A DNA stretch of 64,000 nt from Octopus vulgaris (lineage: Eukaryota), in NCBI GenBank assembly GCA_951406725.2, contig OX597818.1, positions 100,750,001-100,814,000 on the forward strand, read 5' to 3'. A program made the position numbers and the translations under genes. Positions 1 to 12,813 of the stretch are shown here, in pieces. The notes beneath the pieces are model-generated. The model was not told where the DNA came from. It made no database searches and saw only the letters and a list, made by a program, of their open reading frames with translations. Numbering within the stretch: position 1 is the stretch's first letter; each line of letters starts with the position of its first letter.

Positions 1-114
1 TATATAAATACATATTGATTGAGAGATAGATACATACTTACATGCATACAGATATACATCCAAATATACATGTATATATGTATATATGTATATATATATA
101 TATATATATGATAG

Positions 115-292
115 ATCGGTAGCCACTACATTTTCTGTATTTTCCCTCCTTGTTTCTTCCTGTTTTTTTTTTTGTTGAAGAGCGTAGGCTCGAAACGTTA
201 AAGACTCTTTCACTTCCCAAGCGTTAAACTAATACATATGTTTGTTGTCTACACCACATGTCTTCGTCTTTTTTCTTCTGTATTCTCCCCAT
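115..292 (+). mobile_element. Short non-autonomous Penelope-like repeat with degenerate minimal hammerhead motif (~165-205)
   Basis: TTGTTGA-A-GAGC-gtag-GCTC-GAAA-CG-TT-AAAGA. Homologous to 50408-50582 (minus). Flanked by (TA)n. Confidence 0.55.
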
Positions 293-304
293 GTGTACAT
301 GTAT

Positions 305-470
<166 letters not shown>

Positions 471-2919
471 ATGTTAGTATGTATCTATCTATCTCTCAAT
501 TTATGTATTCATGACTGCAGCACAACCTATTCTTTGCAAAGGAGTTTCTTTTTACTGATATTTTAATGACCTATTCGTTGAAGTAAAATTTCTTTGTAGG
601 AGCATAAATTGTTTTCTTTACTTCCATTGGTATATCAATATATTAGACAATTCTACATACATAAATCAAAGAAAAAAAAAAGAAAAAGGAAAAAAGAATC
701 CGAGAAATAATTGAAAGGAAAGGAAAGAGACATTTATTTTTATCCACTTCACGCCCCAATTTAAGTCAACTATATTGAATGATTTATTTTAAACTTAAAC
801 ATGAATCAGTGAAATTTACTGTACAATCTAGAATATATGTGAACGTCGCCAATTTTCCTTAATCACAAGAGAATATATTATTAATCGTATATAATAAAAA
901 CTGGGAAGGTGTTACATTTTATGTTTAAATAATTAAGTTAAACAAATTCAAAACAATCTTTATATGAAGTGACAAGCCACAGTTTGATTTAGAAGGTGTT
1001 AATTTTACAGTAGCAATATTGCACCAGGAACATTATTTAGAATAGAAATTAATTATCATTGGTTGAGATTATAAAATACGAAGAAATAACTGATGTGCGA
1101 AAACCTTAATTCAGTCATATTCCTAAAATATTGGTTCTTCATTACGCTCAAACACTTTCACAAATACTTAGTAAAACCCCATTGGGGAATGTAAATAAGA
1201 GGACTGACAGGTGTATAGTCATAGCTAAATACACACATATTCCTACATCTACGCATACAGATGCACTTTGTATTTTTATAAATTTAATGATTGTGACAAA
1301 TTGAAGAGTATTTGTGTTTTATTGATCTTCTCACACTAATGGGGGAACGAGATTAAATTAAGCTATATATATATATATATATAGTAATCAATAATTCTAA
1401 CATTATTATTATGCACTTTCCTGTATATTTTTATGCGAATTTTGTGCGTTCTTATTTTCGTATTATATTTGAACTCAATTCAATTATTTCAATTCCCATT
1501 AAGCATTTTCCACTTCTTACTAATTTTATGAATTTCAATAAAATCTTATCAGAGCATCAGGTAAACATATATATTTTTAAAATTGTGTTTCTTGGTATCT
1601 GTTTCACTGTATTTGTGTCCATATCTCAATTTAATACCATTTCCTCATATATTTTAATATACATTTTTTTCTACTATGCTTTTGAATCGATCCTCCTAAA
1701 TTTAAGCACATCCCGAAACACATTAAGTCTTTGAATATGTGTCTAACCTACTAATTTATTTTCGTCAATTAGATGTTATCATTATTATTACTGACATAAA
1801 TTCAGTCTGTTAAATGCTATTCTTAGAGGAATATGTCTTAGAACAATGTACCATTATATTTAAGCTAGAATCTCACATATTTTGATTTCCATTCTAATCT
1901 ACTTTCTGTATCATAGGATTGGCTCATACTTATAAATGCCTTCTATTTTGAATTCTTAGAAGTTTTTTTTTTCCTGCAGGGAAGGAGCTAGATTCAACAG
2001 ATGCTCCAGCTTCGAAATGTAGATAACATCAATGTCACCTTCTGAACCGAAGAAAAAACAACACATGAAAATGTAAACTCTCCCTCTAACAGATTGTATA
2101 AATATTGTGCGGATTAGCTGGTTGATTTCCTTTTCTGAAAACCTAAGTTTTTGCAGATTAAAACTTAGGTATTATTCACAGAAACCATCGCACTAATTGT
2201 GCATGGTATACTTTTAAATTTAAATTTATTATTTGGGTGCAGAAGCTGAAAGGTTTCGCAGAATTTCTGAGCCCTGATCGACTTACTCTTTGATGTTCGA
2301 AGAGATATTCACATCGAGATGGTAGCAAACCTCTATCACGTTCCTGTCTCTGTTCTACAGAATGATGGCCGACATATAATGCTTACACTTGGTACACATT
2401 TGGAAAGGAAGTGCCACAAGTATTATTTGTGTTATTTATCATGATCGTTTTTTTTAAATGACAATGCACATTGTTTTACAAACAACATTATGACTCATTG
2501 GAAGCTACTAATTTGATGAATATTTGGCCAGTTCTGATTACATGTGAAGCGTCATCTAAGGAAATGTGATATTATCTACGACATCGGAACAAAATCTCCA
2601 TTGTCTCTTTTCTTTCTTAGGTATTTCGTAGGGCATTTTATTTTTGAATTACAAACAAACGGCGGTGCATCAGCATGGTCGCATCTCTGAGCTGAAATAA
2701 AAAAAACAAACAACAATCTACGAAGTGTGATGGATGTTGATTCATATGGCGAAGTAACTTCTTCCATGGTGTCATCACCTGAACAGCGTTGAAAATACAT
2801 TCGTTTATTAGCTTCAACTAGTACACAAAAATAAGTTTACCCTACACAGATGAGAACTAATAAACTTGCAATTATGGGGCAGCCATGTGAGCAATGGCTC
2901 TTCCGCAGTATTAGCAGGT

Positions 2920-2993
<74 letters not shown>

Positions 2994-3295
2994 CAGAGAC
3001 AGAGAAAGACAGAGAGAGACAGACAGACAGAGAATAAATATAATTTGCCAATATAATGTGGCAATCCTATTTAGGACGAATATTATTGTTATTTAGCCCC
3101 TGGAAACATTTTTCCTGCTGGCTATCGACGCACTGTCTGCGTATATATATAGCCCGTGTTGAGGTACGATGTGCTTGCGTGGGTGGAGGAGTATACGATG
3201 TCTGTGGACAAGTATCATGAGCTTGTGTGGGTGTGAGATTATGCATGATACATACATCCATACATACACCCATCTATTCATCCAGCCATAGATAC

Positions 3296-3360
<65 letters not shown>

Positions 3361-3364
3361 TATA

Positions 3365-3590
3365 AAGTTAATCCAAACAAGAAAACACAGAAAAAAAGAG
3401 AAAAAAAACACAGCAACGCAGGACGTGGAACAATTAAAGTATTATTGACGCTCAGGAAAGAAGGGAAGGAGGGTTTAACGTTTCGAGTGGAGCTCTTCGT
3501 CGGAAACAAGGAGAAGGAAAGATCCCAAGAAGGGAAGACAGAGGAAAAATATTTGAGCTGGTGGTACTCAAGAGATCACATGTTGAAAGA
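3365..3590 (-). mobile_element. Short Penelope-like repeat with minimal hammerhead motif (3473-3507)
   Basis: Minus strand GTTT-CCGACGA-A-GAG-ctcca-CTC-GAAA-CG-TT-AAAC. Homologous to 11015-11180. Abuts (TA)n. Confidence 0.6.
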
Positions 3591-4029
3591 CATATATATA
3601 TATACCATTTAGGTGTATATTAGCATGTCTGTTTATGCAAGTATATGTATGAGAAGACATACATATGACGAAACATAAGAATCTGCACGTAAACATACAT
3701 TCATACATTCATACCCTGCTGTAGATATTGAAATTCCGATGGAGAAGATGTTGATCTCAGTTAGAAACAGATTTGAAACTAACTAGGAACAGAGTGGAAA
3801 TATAACAGAATAACGACATACATATAAACGTAAATACATATGAATCATAGAGATAATGGTGTAATTCTTTAAGCACTTGATTTTAGGATTACAGTTGTTT
3901 CAAAAACCATATTAGTTTGTATTGCCTTCATTGTAATGGAAATTATGCTTATATGTTCGCAGCAATATGTACGTTCGGCACTATGAAATAAAATTGCGTA
4001 ATACATAAATACATACAATATACATATAC

Positions 4030-4070
<41 letters not shown>

Positions 4071-4074
<4 letters not shown>

Positions 4075-4340
4075 GAATAAAAAAGTTTTGATTGGTACAA
4101 CAATGCACTATAATACAGATAATGGACTCTATATCTGTTGTAGTTTAGTCATCCATAGAGAGAAAAGAAAGCCGTTAGAAAACCGATTATAGCAGCGGCT
4201 CCATCTAAGAATATCTGAAGAAGGAATATTATTCCGAAATAACATATCAGACTATGGATGACTAAATTACGACAGGCATATAGCCCATTGTCTTTGCTTT
4301 AGTGCATTGTTGTACTATTCAAAACTTTTTATTCTTTACA
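4071..4340 (+). mobile_element. Fold-back element: ~88-bp imperfect inverted arms around a hammerhead core (inverted pLTR-like)
   Basis: 4071-4158 is an imperfect reverse complement of 4252-4338. The spacer holds CTGAAGA-A-GGAAT-att-ATTCC-GAAA. Lies between (TA)n tracts. Confidence 0.7.
4203..4260 (+). ncRNA. Type I hammerhead ribozyme-like motif, intact core
   Basis: CUGAAGA at 4215-4221, 5-bp stem II GGAAU/AUUCC, GAAA, short stem III, AUC triplet. Proximal stem I is poorly paired. Confidence 0.55.
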
Positions 4341-4402
4341 ATCAATATACAATACTTCAAGCGAACCACAATACTCTCCTATGTATATATATATATATAT
4401 AA

Positions 4403-4500
<98 letters not shown>

Positions 4501-5570
4501 CATCGCTGAGCGAGGTATAAACAGTAGCTGCACGGCATCATGATATATATTTGCCAATTAAATGTGGCTGAATGATGACTTCCCTTTGCAAATACTGATT
4601 GGGCACAGAAAGTGTGTCAATAGCCATCTGGAGGAGGTAACTTCCTGGGGCTACAGGCTACAGTAGCATCCGCACTTAAGGGTTAGCCACATTTGAAAAT
4701 ATAGTTGAAAATATAGTTAGAGTGCGTAAAACGATTTAACATTGATTATAAACGTTGTTGATTATAAATTAAATGTAATCGGGAAAAATTATGCAATCAG
4801 TAATCAGGTAATTTAATGAGAAGCATAGTTTTGTTATAGGATCTATCGAGATAAGATCGATCATACGTGAGGTGTGTTGCAGAGGTATGTCCCAGCATAA
4901 TTCTTAATTAAAATAGTTTGTCATATGGGCTTTGAATGTTGAATTCTAAACCATTCACCTTTTAAATACATGAAGTAGCGTAGGTCCATTTATAATAGTG
5001 AAACAAATACACAAATTGGTAGGAAGTGCATTAACAGAATATATGAATAAAAGCAATAAAAGAACTGATAATTGTCTCTTGGAAACATATTTTGAACTCT
5101 ATTATTGGAATTATTAAAACAGAAAATTCACAGTGACGAGTTATATGTGAGAGATATTGGTGTGTTAATTTAGAAAAAAATATTCATACACGTATATTAT
5201 TCAGACATCTATATTACAGTATTCATATCGACGCCAACATGATTCACAAAATTGTCTATTGTAATTCTGTACATGACGTCCATTCCAATTTTCATACACA
5301 CCATGATAAAAACCGCGAGTTTAAAACTGGAAAATAATTGTATTAGGATTATATTTAGGAATGCGGTAAAGGAAGAAAATATTTTATAGAACGTCAATTG
5401 TAATGCAAGGGACGAGGAATTACAGAAGTAAAATTCAAACTTTCACTGGTTCCAATTTCTAGCGAAAAGCCGGTAGAAATGATAGCTAAATCTCGATCGT
5501 ACCGTATCTATTACTTTAAAGACTATACATACAGCGGTCGATACGATCGTACATATATTTACAAACCACG

Positions 5571-5794
5571 AGACGGCGAGCTGGCAGACACGTTAGTGCG
5601 CCGGGCGAAATGCTCAGCGGTATTTCGTCTGTCGTTACGTTCTGAGTTCAAATTTTGTCGAGGTCGACTTTGCCTTTCATCCTTTCGGGATCGATAAATA
5701 AAGTACCAATTTCGCACTACGAAATCGACTTAATCCCTTTGTCTGTCCATGTTTGCCCCCTCTATGTTTAGCCCCTTGTGGGCAATAAAGAAAT
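5571..5794 (+). mobile_element. tRNA-derived SINE (family A), full length with 18-bp target-site duplication
   Basis: GGCGAGCTGGCAGA head, GAGTTCAAAT B-box, GCCTTTCATCCTTTCGGG.TCGATAAA central domain (Meta-SINE-like by recall). ATATATTTACAAACCACG is duplicated at 5553-5570 and 5795-5812. Confidence 0.85.
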
Positions 5795-5999
5795 ATATAT
5801 TTACAAACCACGTTACAATCAAAACTGAAAGGGACAATTGTCTGAAATATGCACAAAATATAGTTGTTAGAATAAGTAGCAAGAGAGAACAGAATTCAGC
5901 TTTTGCTATATTACTATACATATATACATGAAAATACTTGTATACATAAATGCATGCGTATATAAATATCGGTTTAAAATTTTTGAAAGGAGGCCACAA

Positions 6000-6148
6000 A
6001 TTTCGAGGGTTGATTACGTCGACCCCATTATTTAATTTTTAAATTTCTTTTTATCGACACCGAAATGATGAAAGGCAAATTTGGCGTCCGCGAAAATTTG
6101 AACTCAGAACATAAAAAGTAAGTAAGCAACCAAGCAATTTACCCGGCA
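6000..6148 (-). mobile_element. SINE family A fragment
   Basis: ttatcgacaccgaaatgatgaaaggcaaa...aatttgaactcagaac is the reverse complement of the family A core. Confidence 0.65.
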
Positions 6149-6183
6149 TGTGTAAATATACAAAACTATATACACAGGTACAC

Positions 6184-6789
<606 letters not shown>

Positions 6790-6819
6790 TTGAGTTGTGG
6801 GGTATCGCACGAGTGGGAT

Positions 6820-8498
6820 TATATAAGAAAAAAGGTTTGAAAATGCAATTTAAACGATGTTTATTTACTTAACCGGTTTCACTCTTTGGTAAAAGATTGT
6901 CAAAAGTTACATTTAAGGAAACATTGAATAATATGGGTTCAAAAAAAGTTTTTTACATAATTGTCACATTGAATATTATGCATTCAAAAAAGTTTTTTAC
7001 ATAATTGTCACATTGGATATTATGGGTTCAAAAAAGTTTTTTACATAATTGTCACATTGAATATTATGCATTCAAAAAAGTTTTACATAATTGTCACATT
7101 GGATATTATGCATTCAAAAAGTTTTTTACATAATTGTCACATTGGATATTATGAATTCAAAAATGTTTTTTTATACATAATTGTCACATTATTTGGGAAA
7201 ATTTGGCAGAAAAGGATAAAACAAATATATTATTGGGAATTGGTTGCGTTAATTATTGGTTGTCGCAAATTGTCACATTACATGTATATATATACAATCT
7301 TTGGTATATATATACAGCGTTTTGACAGCAAAAATTAAAATGGATTTTTTGTACATCTCAGAATATTTTAAGTATGTTTTTACTGACCTGTCAGTATTAG
7401 CAGAAAGGCTGAACTGAGAGAACAGAAGAAGTAGCCAATGTGGTGTATACTTCCCCTTTATGCATGAATGATTTTGGGGTTATCAGGAGGTTAGTATGCG
7501 GGTGTGAATAGATGTGTCCGTGCCTGCTGGTCAGACAGCGTCTGTTTGTCACACACATATATATACACACAAACACACACACACACAACAACACACACAC
7601 ACACACACATAGTATACAAACACACACCACATACAAACAACACACACACACACAGAACACACACACCCACACACAACGCACCCACATATATCACATATAC
7701 ACACAGCACACAAATATAACATGTATCTATATATAACATACACAGATATATAACACACATACACACACAACACACACACACACACACACACAACACACGC
7801 ACACATACATACATAATATAAATATCACACAAATACACCTAGCATATATATACACACATACAATACACACATACAGCATGTAAGTAATATACATACACAA
7901 TATATGCATGCAATATACATACGCAATACATACATATAATATATATATATATAGACAATGCATATACATATATACACATATACATATAAATAGTGTTTAC
8001 ATACACATACATAGATGTACCACATATACACACAACACACATACATACAATGCATACACATACACGTACGCATACATATAATATATATATACACACACAC
8101 ACACATAACATACATACACACACAATGCATACATATATATACACGCAATGCATATACATGTATTCATTGTGTGTGTATGTATGTTATGTGTGTGTGTGTG
8201 TATATATATATTATATGTATGCGTACGTGTATGTGTATGCATTGTATGTATGTGTGTTGTGTGTATATGTGGTACATCTATGTATGTGTATGTAAACACT
8301 ATTTATATGTATATGTGTATATATGTATATGCATTGTCTATATATATATATATTATATGTATGTATTGCGTATGTATATTGCATGCATATATTGTGTATG
8401 TATATTACTAACATGCTGTATGTGTGTATTGTATGTGTGTATATATATGCTAGGTGTATTTGTGTGATATTTATATTATGTATGTATGTGTGCGTGTG

Positions 8499-8555
<57 letters not shown>

Positions 8556-9440
8556 TTATATATCTGTGTATGTTATATATAGATACATGTTATATTTGTG
8601 TGCTGTGTGTATATGTGATATATGTGGGTGCGTTGTGTGTGGGTGTGTGTGTTCTGTGTGTGTTTGTGTTGTTTGTATGTGGTGTGTGTTTGTATACTAT
8701 GTGTGTGTGTGTGTGTGTTGTTGTGTGTGTGTGTTTGTGTGTATATATATGTGTGTGACAAACAGACGCTGTCTGACCAGCAGGCACGGACACATCTATT
8801 CACACCCGCATACTAACCTCCTGATAACCCCAAAATCATTCATGCATAAAGGGGAAGTATACACCACATTGGCTACTTCTTCTGTTCTCTCAGTTCAGCC
8901 TTTCTGCTAATACTGACAGGTCAGTAAAAACATACTTAAAATATTCTGAGATGTACAAAAAATCCATTTTAATTTTTGCTGTCAAAACGCTGTATATATA
9001 TACCAAAGATTGTATATATATACATGTAATGTGACAATTTGCGACAACCAATAATTAACGCAACCAATTCCCAATAATATATTTGTTTTATCCTTTTCTG
9101 CCAAATTTTCCCAAATAATGTGACAATTATGTATAAAAAAACATTTTTGAATTCATAATATCCAATGTGACAATTATGTAAAAAACTTTTTTGAATGCAT
9201 AATATTCAATGTGACAATTATGTAAAAAACTTTTTTGAACCCATAATATCCAATGTGACAATTATGTAAAAAACTTTTTTGAATGCATAATATTCAATGT
9301 GACAATTATGTAAAAAACTTTTTTTGAACCCATATTATTCAATGTTTCCTTAAATGTAACTTTTGACAATCTTTTACCAAAGAGTGAAACCGGTTAAGTA
9401 AATAAACATCGTTTAAATTGCATTTTCAAACCTTTTTTCT

Positions 9441-9445
<5 letters not shown>
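6820..9445. repeat. ~2.6-kb near-perfect palindrome (arms ~6820-8134 and ~8158-9445, ~23-bp spacer)
   Basis: Unique and low-complexity sequence is mirrored; the ORF track shows mirror ORFs (7397-7687 minus vs 8323-8910 plus). Confidence 0.95.
6930..7190. repeat. ~43-44-bp minisatellite, 6 units (5 units in mirror arm 9117-9340)
   Basis: Unit approx. ATATTATG(G/C)(G/A)TTCAAAAAAGTTTTTTACATAATTGTCACATTG. Confidence 0.92.
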
Positions 9446-9486
<41 letters not shown>

Positions 9487-9733
9487 CATATATATACACA
9501 TATATAGTTAGTCAATTTAGGGTAGCAAAAAATTCAATAGAAATGTATCGCTACCAGCGGCCTAGTGGAAAAGAGAAAATAGTCAAAGACTAAATATATG
9601 AAAAAATATAACAATTTAGGTGTGACCTTAACAGGCCATTCGTCCACCAGAGAGAGCAGCCATAACTCACACCGCCAAGTAGTAGTAATTCAGAAATTAG
9701 GGGAAAATTTAAAAACATTTACCCTAATTCATC

Positions 9734-9830
9734 TTTTAGACGATGCATCGTTTCTGTGTTATTGATGATAAATTAGCTTAATTAAATTAAATTAAGCTAA
9801 TCTACCATAGGTCACACTTCATCAGTAAAA
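9734..9830 (-). ncRNA. Type I hammerhead ribozyme, copy 1
   Basis: Minus strand TTTTA-CTGATGA-A-GTGT-[long hairpin]-ACAC-A-GAAA-CGATGCATCG-TC-TAAAA: stem I TTTTA/TAAAA, palindromic stem III, GUC triplet. Confidence 0.8.
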
Positions 9831-10207
9831 AACCTGGGAGAGACAAATATACACGAGGCGTCTGTATCGATGCCTCCGGAATATCTGTCTTAAAATTTTC
9901 AAGACCGACGTATTCGCGCCAAACTTGTCAGCAGTAAATATAAACTGCCGATTCAATCTCAGAATTATTCAGAAAATTATCAATTAGTCAATTTAGGGTA
10001 GCAAAAAATTCAATAGAAATTTAACGCTACCAGCGGCCTAGTGGAAAAGAGAAAATAGTCAAAGACTAAATATATAATAATATAACAATTTAGGAGTGAC
10101 CTTAACAGGCCATTCGTCCACCAGAGAGAGCAGCCATAACTCACACCGCCAAGTGGTAGTAATTCAGAAATTAGGGGAAAATTTAAAAACATTTACCCTA
10201 ATTCATC

Positions 10208-10304
10208 TTTTAGACGATGCATCGTTTCTGTGTTATTGATGATAAATTAGCTTAATTAAATTAAATTAAGCTAATCTACCATAGGTCACACTTCATCAGT
10301 AAAA
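10208..10304 (-). ncRNA. Type I hammerhead ribozyme, copy 2
   Basis: Same sequence as copy 1. Confidence 0.8.
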
Positions 10305-10416
10305 AACATGGGAGAGACAAATATACACGAGGCGTCTGTATCGATGCCTCCGGAATATCTGTCTTAAAATTTTCAAGACCGACGTATTCGCCTCGTGTAT
10401 ATTTGTCTCTCCCAGG

Positions 10417-10517
10417 TCTCTTACTAATGAAGTGTGACCTATGGTAGATTAGCTTAATTTAATTTAATTAAGCTAATTTATCATCAATAACACAGAAACG
10501 ATGCATCGCCTAAAAGA
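10417..10517 (+). ncRNA. Hammerhead copy 3 (inverted, probably inactive)
   Basis: Core CTAATGA instead of CTGATGA, and GCC instead of GTC at the cleavage triplet. Confidence 0.7.
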
Positions 10518-10638
10518 TGAATTAGGGTAAATATTTTTAAATTTTCACCTAATTTCTGAATTACTACTACTTGGCGGTGTGAGTTATGGCTGCTCTCTCT
10601 GGTGGACGAATGGCCTGTTAAGGTCACTCCTAAATTGT

Positions 10639-10723
<85 letters not shown>

Positions 10724-10726
<3 letters not shown>

Positions 10727-11003
10727 AGTTAGTTAGTTAGTTAATTTGGCTTAAAAGCAAATAGCAAGGCCATGTAGGGGGACATGGAGTTAAGTACAGG
10801 GTGGTGTTCATGCAAAGAGTTCAGGCCACTCGATGTCCAGGGAGGCTTTGAACAAAGCGGTCGTCGACATCTTCACCATCTCGTCTGGCAGCTTGTTCCA
10901 CGGATCCGCAACCCGGACGGAGAAAGCTCCTCTCCTTCGATTGAGATGAAATCGTCGCAGGTAGAGCTTTTCGGAATGACCCCGCAGCCGACGCTCTGGA
11001 GCA
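10724..11003 (-). mobile_element. 5'-truncated CR1/L2-group LINE 3' end (RT C-terminus, short 3' UTR, (TAAC)n tail)
   Basis: Minus ORF RLRGHSEKLYLRRFHLNRRRGAFSVRVADPWNKLPDEMV matches the RGH..KL...FS.RV...WN.LP CR1 terminal motif. Tandem tail at 10724-10743. Confidence 0.85.
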
Positions 11004-11014
11004 ATATATATATA

Positions 11015-11180
11015 CTTAATCCAAATATGAAAACACAAAGAGAAAACACAACAACGCGAGGACGAGGAACAAGTATAGTATTATTGGACGCTCTGGAAAG
11101 AAGGAGGGTTTAACGTTTCGAGCGGAGCTTCTCGTCAGAAACATAGAAAAAGGAAAGATCCAAAGAAAGGAAGACGGATG
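11015..11180 (-). mobile_element. Short Penelope-like repeat with minimal hammerhead (11108-11142)
   Basis: GTTT-CTGACGA-GAAGC-tcc-GCTC-GAAA-CG-TT-AAAC: intact core, stem I GTTT/AAAC, palindromic AACGTT. Confidence 0.7.
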
Positions 11181-11876
11181 ATGTGAGTATATGTATATAC
11201 ACACACATACACACACATACAGACACACATACATACACACACTTATATGTGTGTAGGTGCACATGTATGTATGTAAATACAGCCGTCCATGTGCCTGTGT
11301 GTATGCCTTGCTGCCCCCATGTCAATTTATATGTGTATGTAGATATACTGCCATGGGACAAAACTGCGAATACATTTGCCTAATATGAGTGGGGCTTTCT
11401 TTTCATGTCTCTGTTTCTAAGCTATTAATCATAAGTCGACATGCAGTTGATTCCTTGTTCATTTCTGGATGCTTTGAGCAAATGTTTGAGACACTCTACC
11501 TAACACTAAATATGCGTGCGCGTATGTGTGCGTGTGTGCGTGTGTATACATCAGTATGCGTATCTGCAAAAATAAGTGCATACATATGTGTGCGTATGTA
11601 TATATGTAATTATCTGAGTGTGTGCGTATATTTCCCTTTTTACTCGCAGAACAATGATCGGAAAATCCTCAGTGGCTTTCACTTCAATGGGTTTTATCTA
11701 ACATCCTCGTTTAGATTTCATGGTAATACTCTGTCCTGAAAAACGCAAAATTGCTTGAAAGCATTATTTTTTCACCTAGTACGTTTACCAGTCATCCCAC
11801 TGATTTTGTAAGCAAGTTATGCCAACAAATATCTAACTGCTCTAGACTTTCATTACAGGCAATGATGTGCACAATG

Positions 11877-11934
<58 letters not shown>

Positions 11935-12184
11935 AATGAAATAAAACATATGCATATATATAAACATATATGTATGTACCTACCTCTACATGTACATATA
12001 CACGCATATATGAGTACAGGACACCAAAGGGACGTCGAACACAAAGAGAAACGAAGACATAGACACAAACCAAAGGAACTGGTCATTTTTTTAAAAACAA
12101 CAACAAATGGAGTACCGGACAATTAACACAAAGTAAAAACCCCTTCTTCAGTCGCTATGGTTTCATCTACTCTACGTTTCGAAG

Positions 12185-12731
12185 GATTATATATATAACA
12201 GAGTTTAATATGAGTTGGGAATGACCAACTTTAAGAGAATCTTACATTGCTTATAAACTTTACATCTGGATGGACTAATATTAAACTCTGTTGCACTTTT
12301 GTTACTCAAAGGATATTTGAATATTACACATATATACCATTTTGCCTATAAAACGGATTTATGGACTCAATAACCATACATATCTTACATCTAATTTCTT
12401 TCCTTCTCCTCAATCTCTATTTGCATCACATAGAAACTAACTATGACTTAATTTTTCCTTTCACACCGTCTCCGGTGAGGGGATATTATTATTATTGATT
12501 AATACTCTAGAAACAGCTGTAAGACCATCTATCTATAAATGCTCTAAAATCTATAGCGCTTTGGTTTTTTTATCTCATTATGCAAAAAATTCATATATAC
12601 ACACGCTGACTTAGAACCAACGTTGAACCCTTTATTCTCAATATTACCGAATCTGGAACTTAACTATGGTCTGTCTATAGCACTTATTTAGCATTACCTG
12701 ACAACTTTGGGTCTCAATGACACCATTATCT

Positions 12732-12735
<4 letters not shown>
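12185..12735 (+). mobile_element. Penelope pLTR-like repeat with decayed hammerhead (12468-12525)
   Basis: GTCT-CCGGTGA-GGGGATATT...AATACTCT-A-GAAA-CAGCTG-TA-AGAC. Ends at (TA)n. Confidence 0.55.

Positions 12736-12813
<78 letters not shown>

Larger units (their letters stand above)
9508..10644 (-). mobile_element. Non-coding ~475-bp tandem repeat with hammerheads: two direct units (9508-9983, 9984-10391) plus an inverted partial unit (10389-10644); Penelope pLTR / retrozyme-like
   Basis: Near-identical units. Inversion junction at a CGC microhomology (10389-10391). Flanked on both sides by (TA)n. Confidence 0.85.

Noticed and set aside
1963-2075. Strong splice acceptor TTTTTTTTTTCCTGCAG followed by short open frames
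   Set aside because: All frames stop within ~15 codons, with no recognisable protein or partner exons. A terminal or non-coding exon cannot be excluded.
4560-4694. ATGATGA/CTGA boxes within AAATGTGGCT...AGCCACATTT inverted ends (C/D snoRNA or tiny MITE)
   Set aside because: No D box next to the 3' stem and no TSD; the 10-bp repeat alone is insufficient.
6930-7190. Regular ~43-bp repeats resembling a CRISPR array
   Set aside because: No unique spacers, eukaryotic context and no cas genes; it is a minisatellite.
9902-9935. Second hammerhead-like string CTGACAA...GAATACGTC in the 475-bp unit
   Set aside because: Two core deviations, and stems I and II do not pair convincingly.
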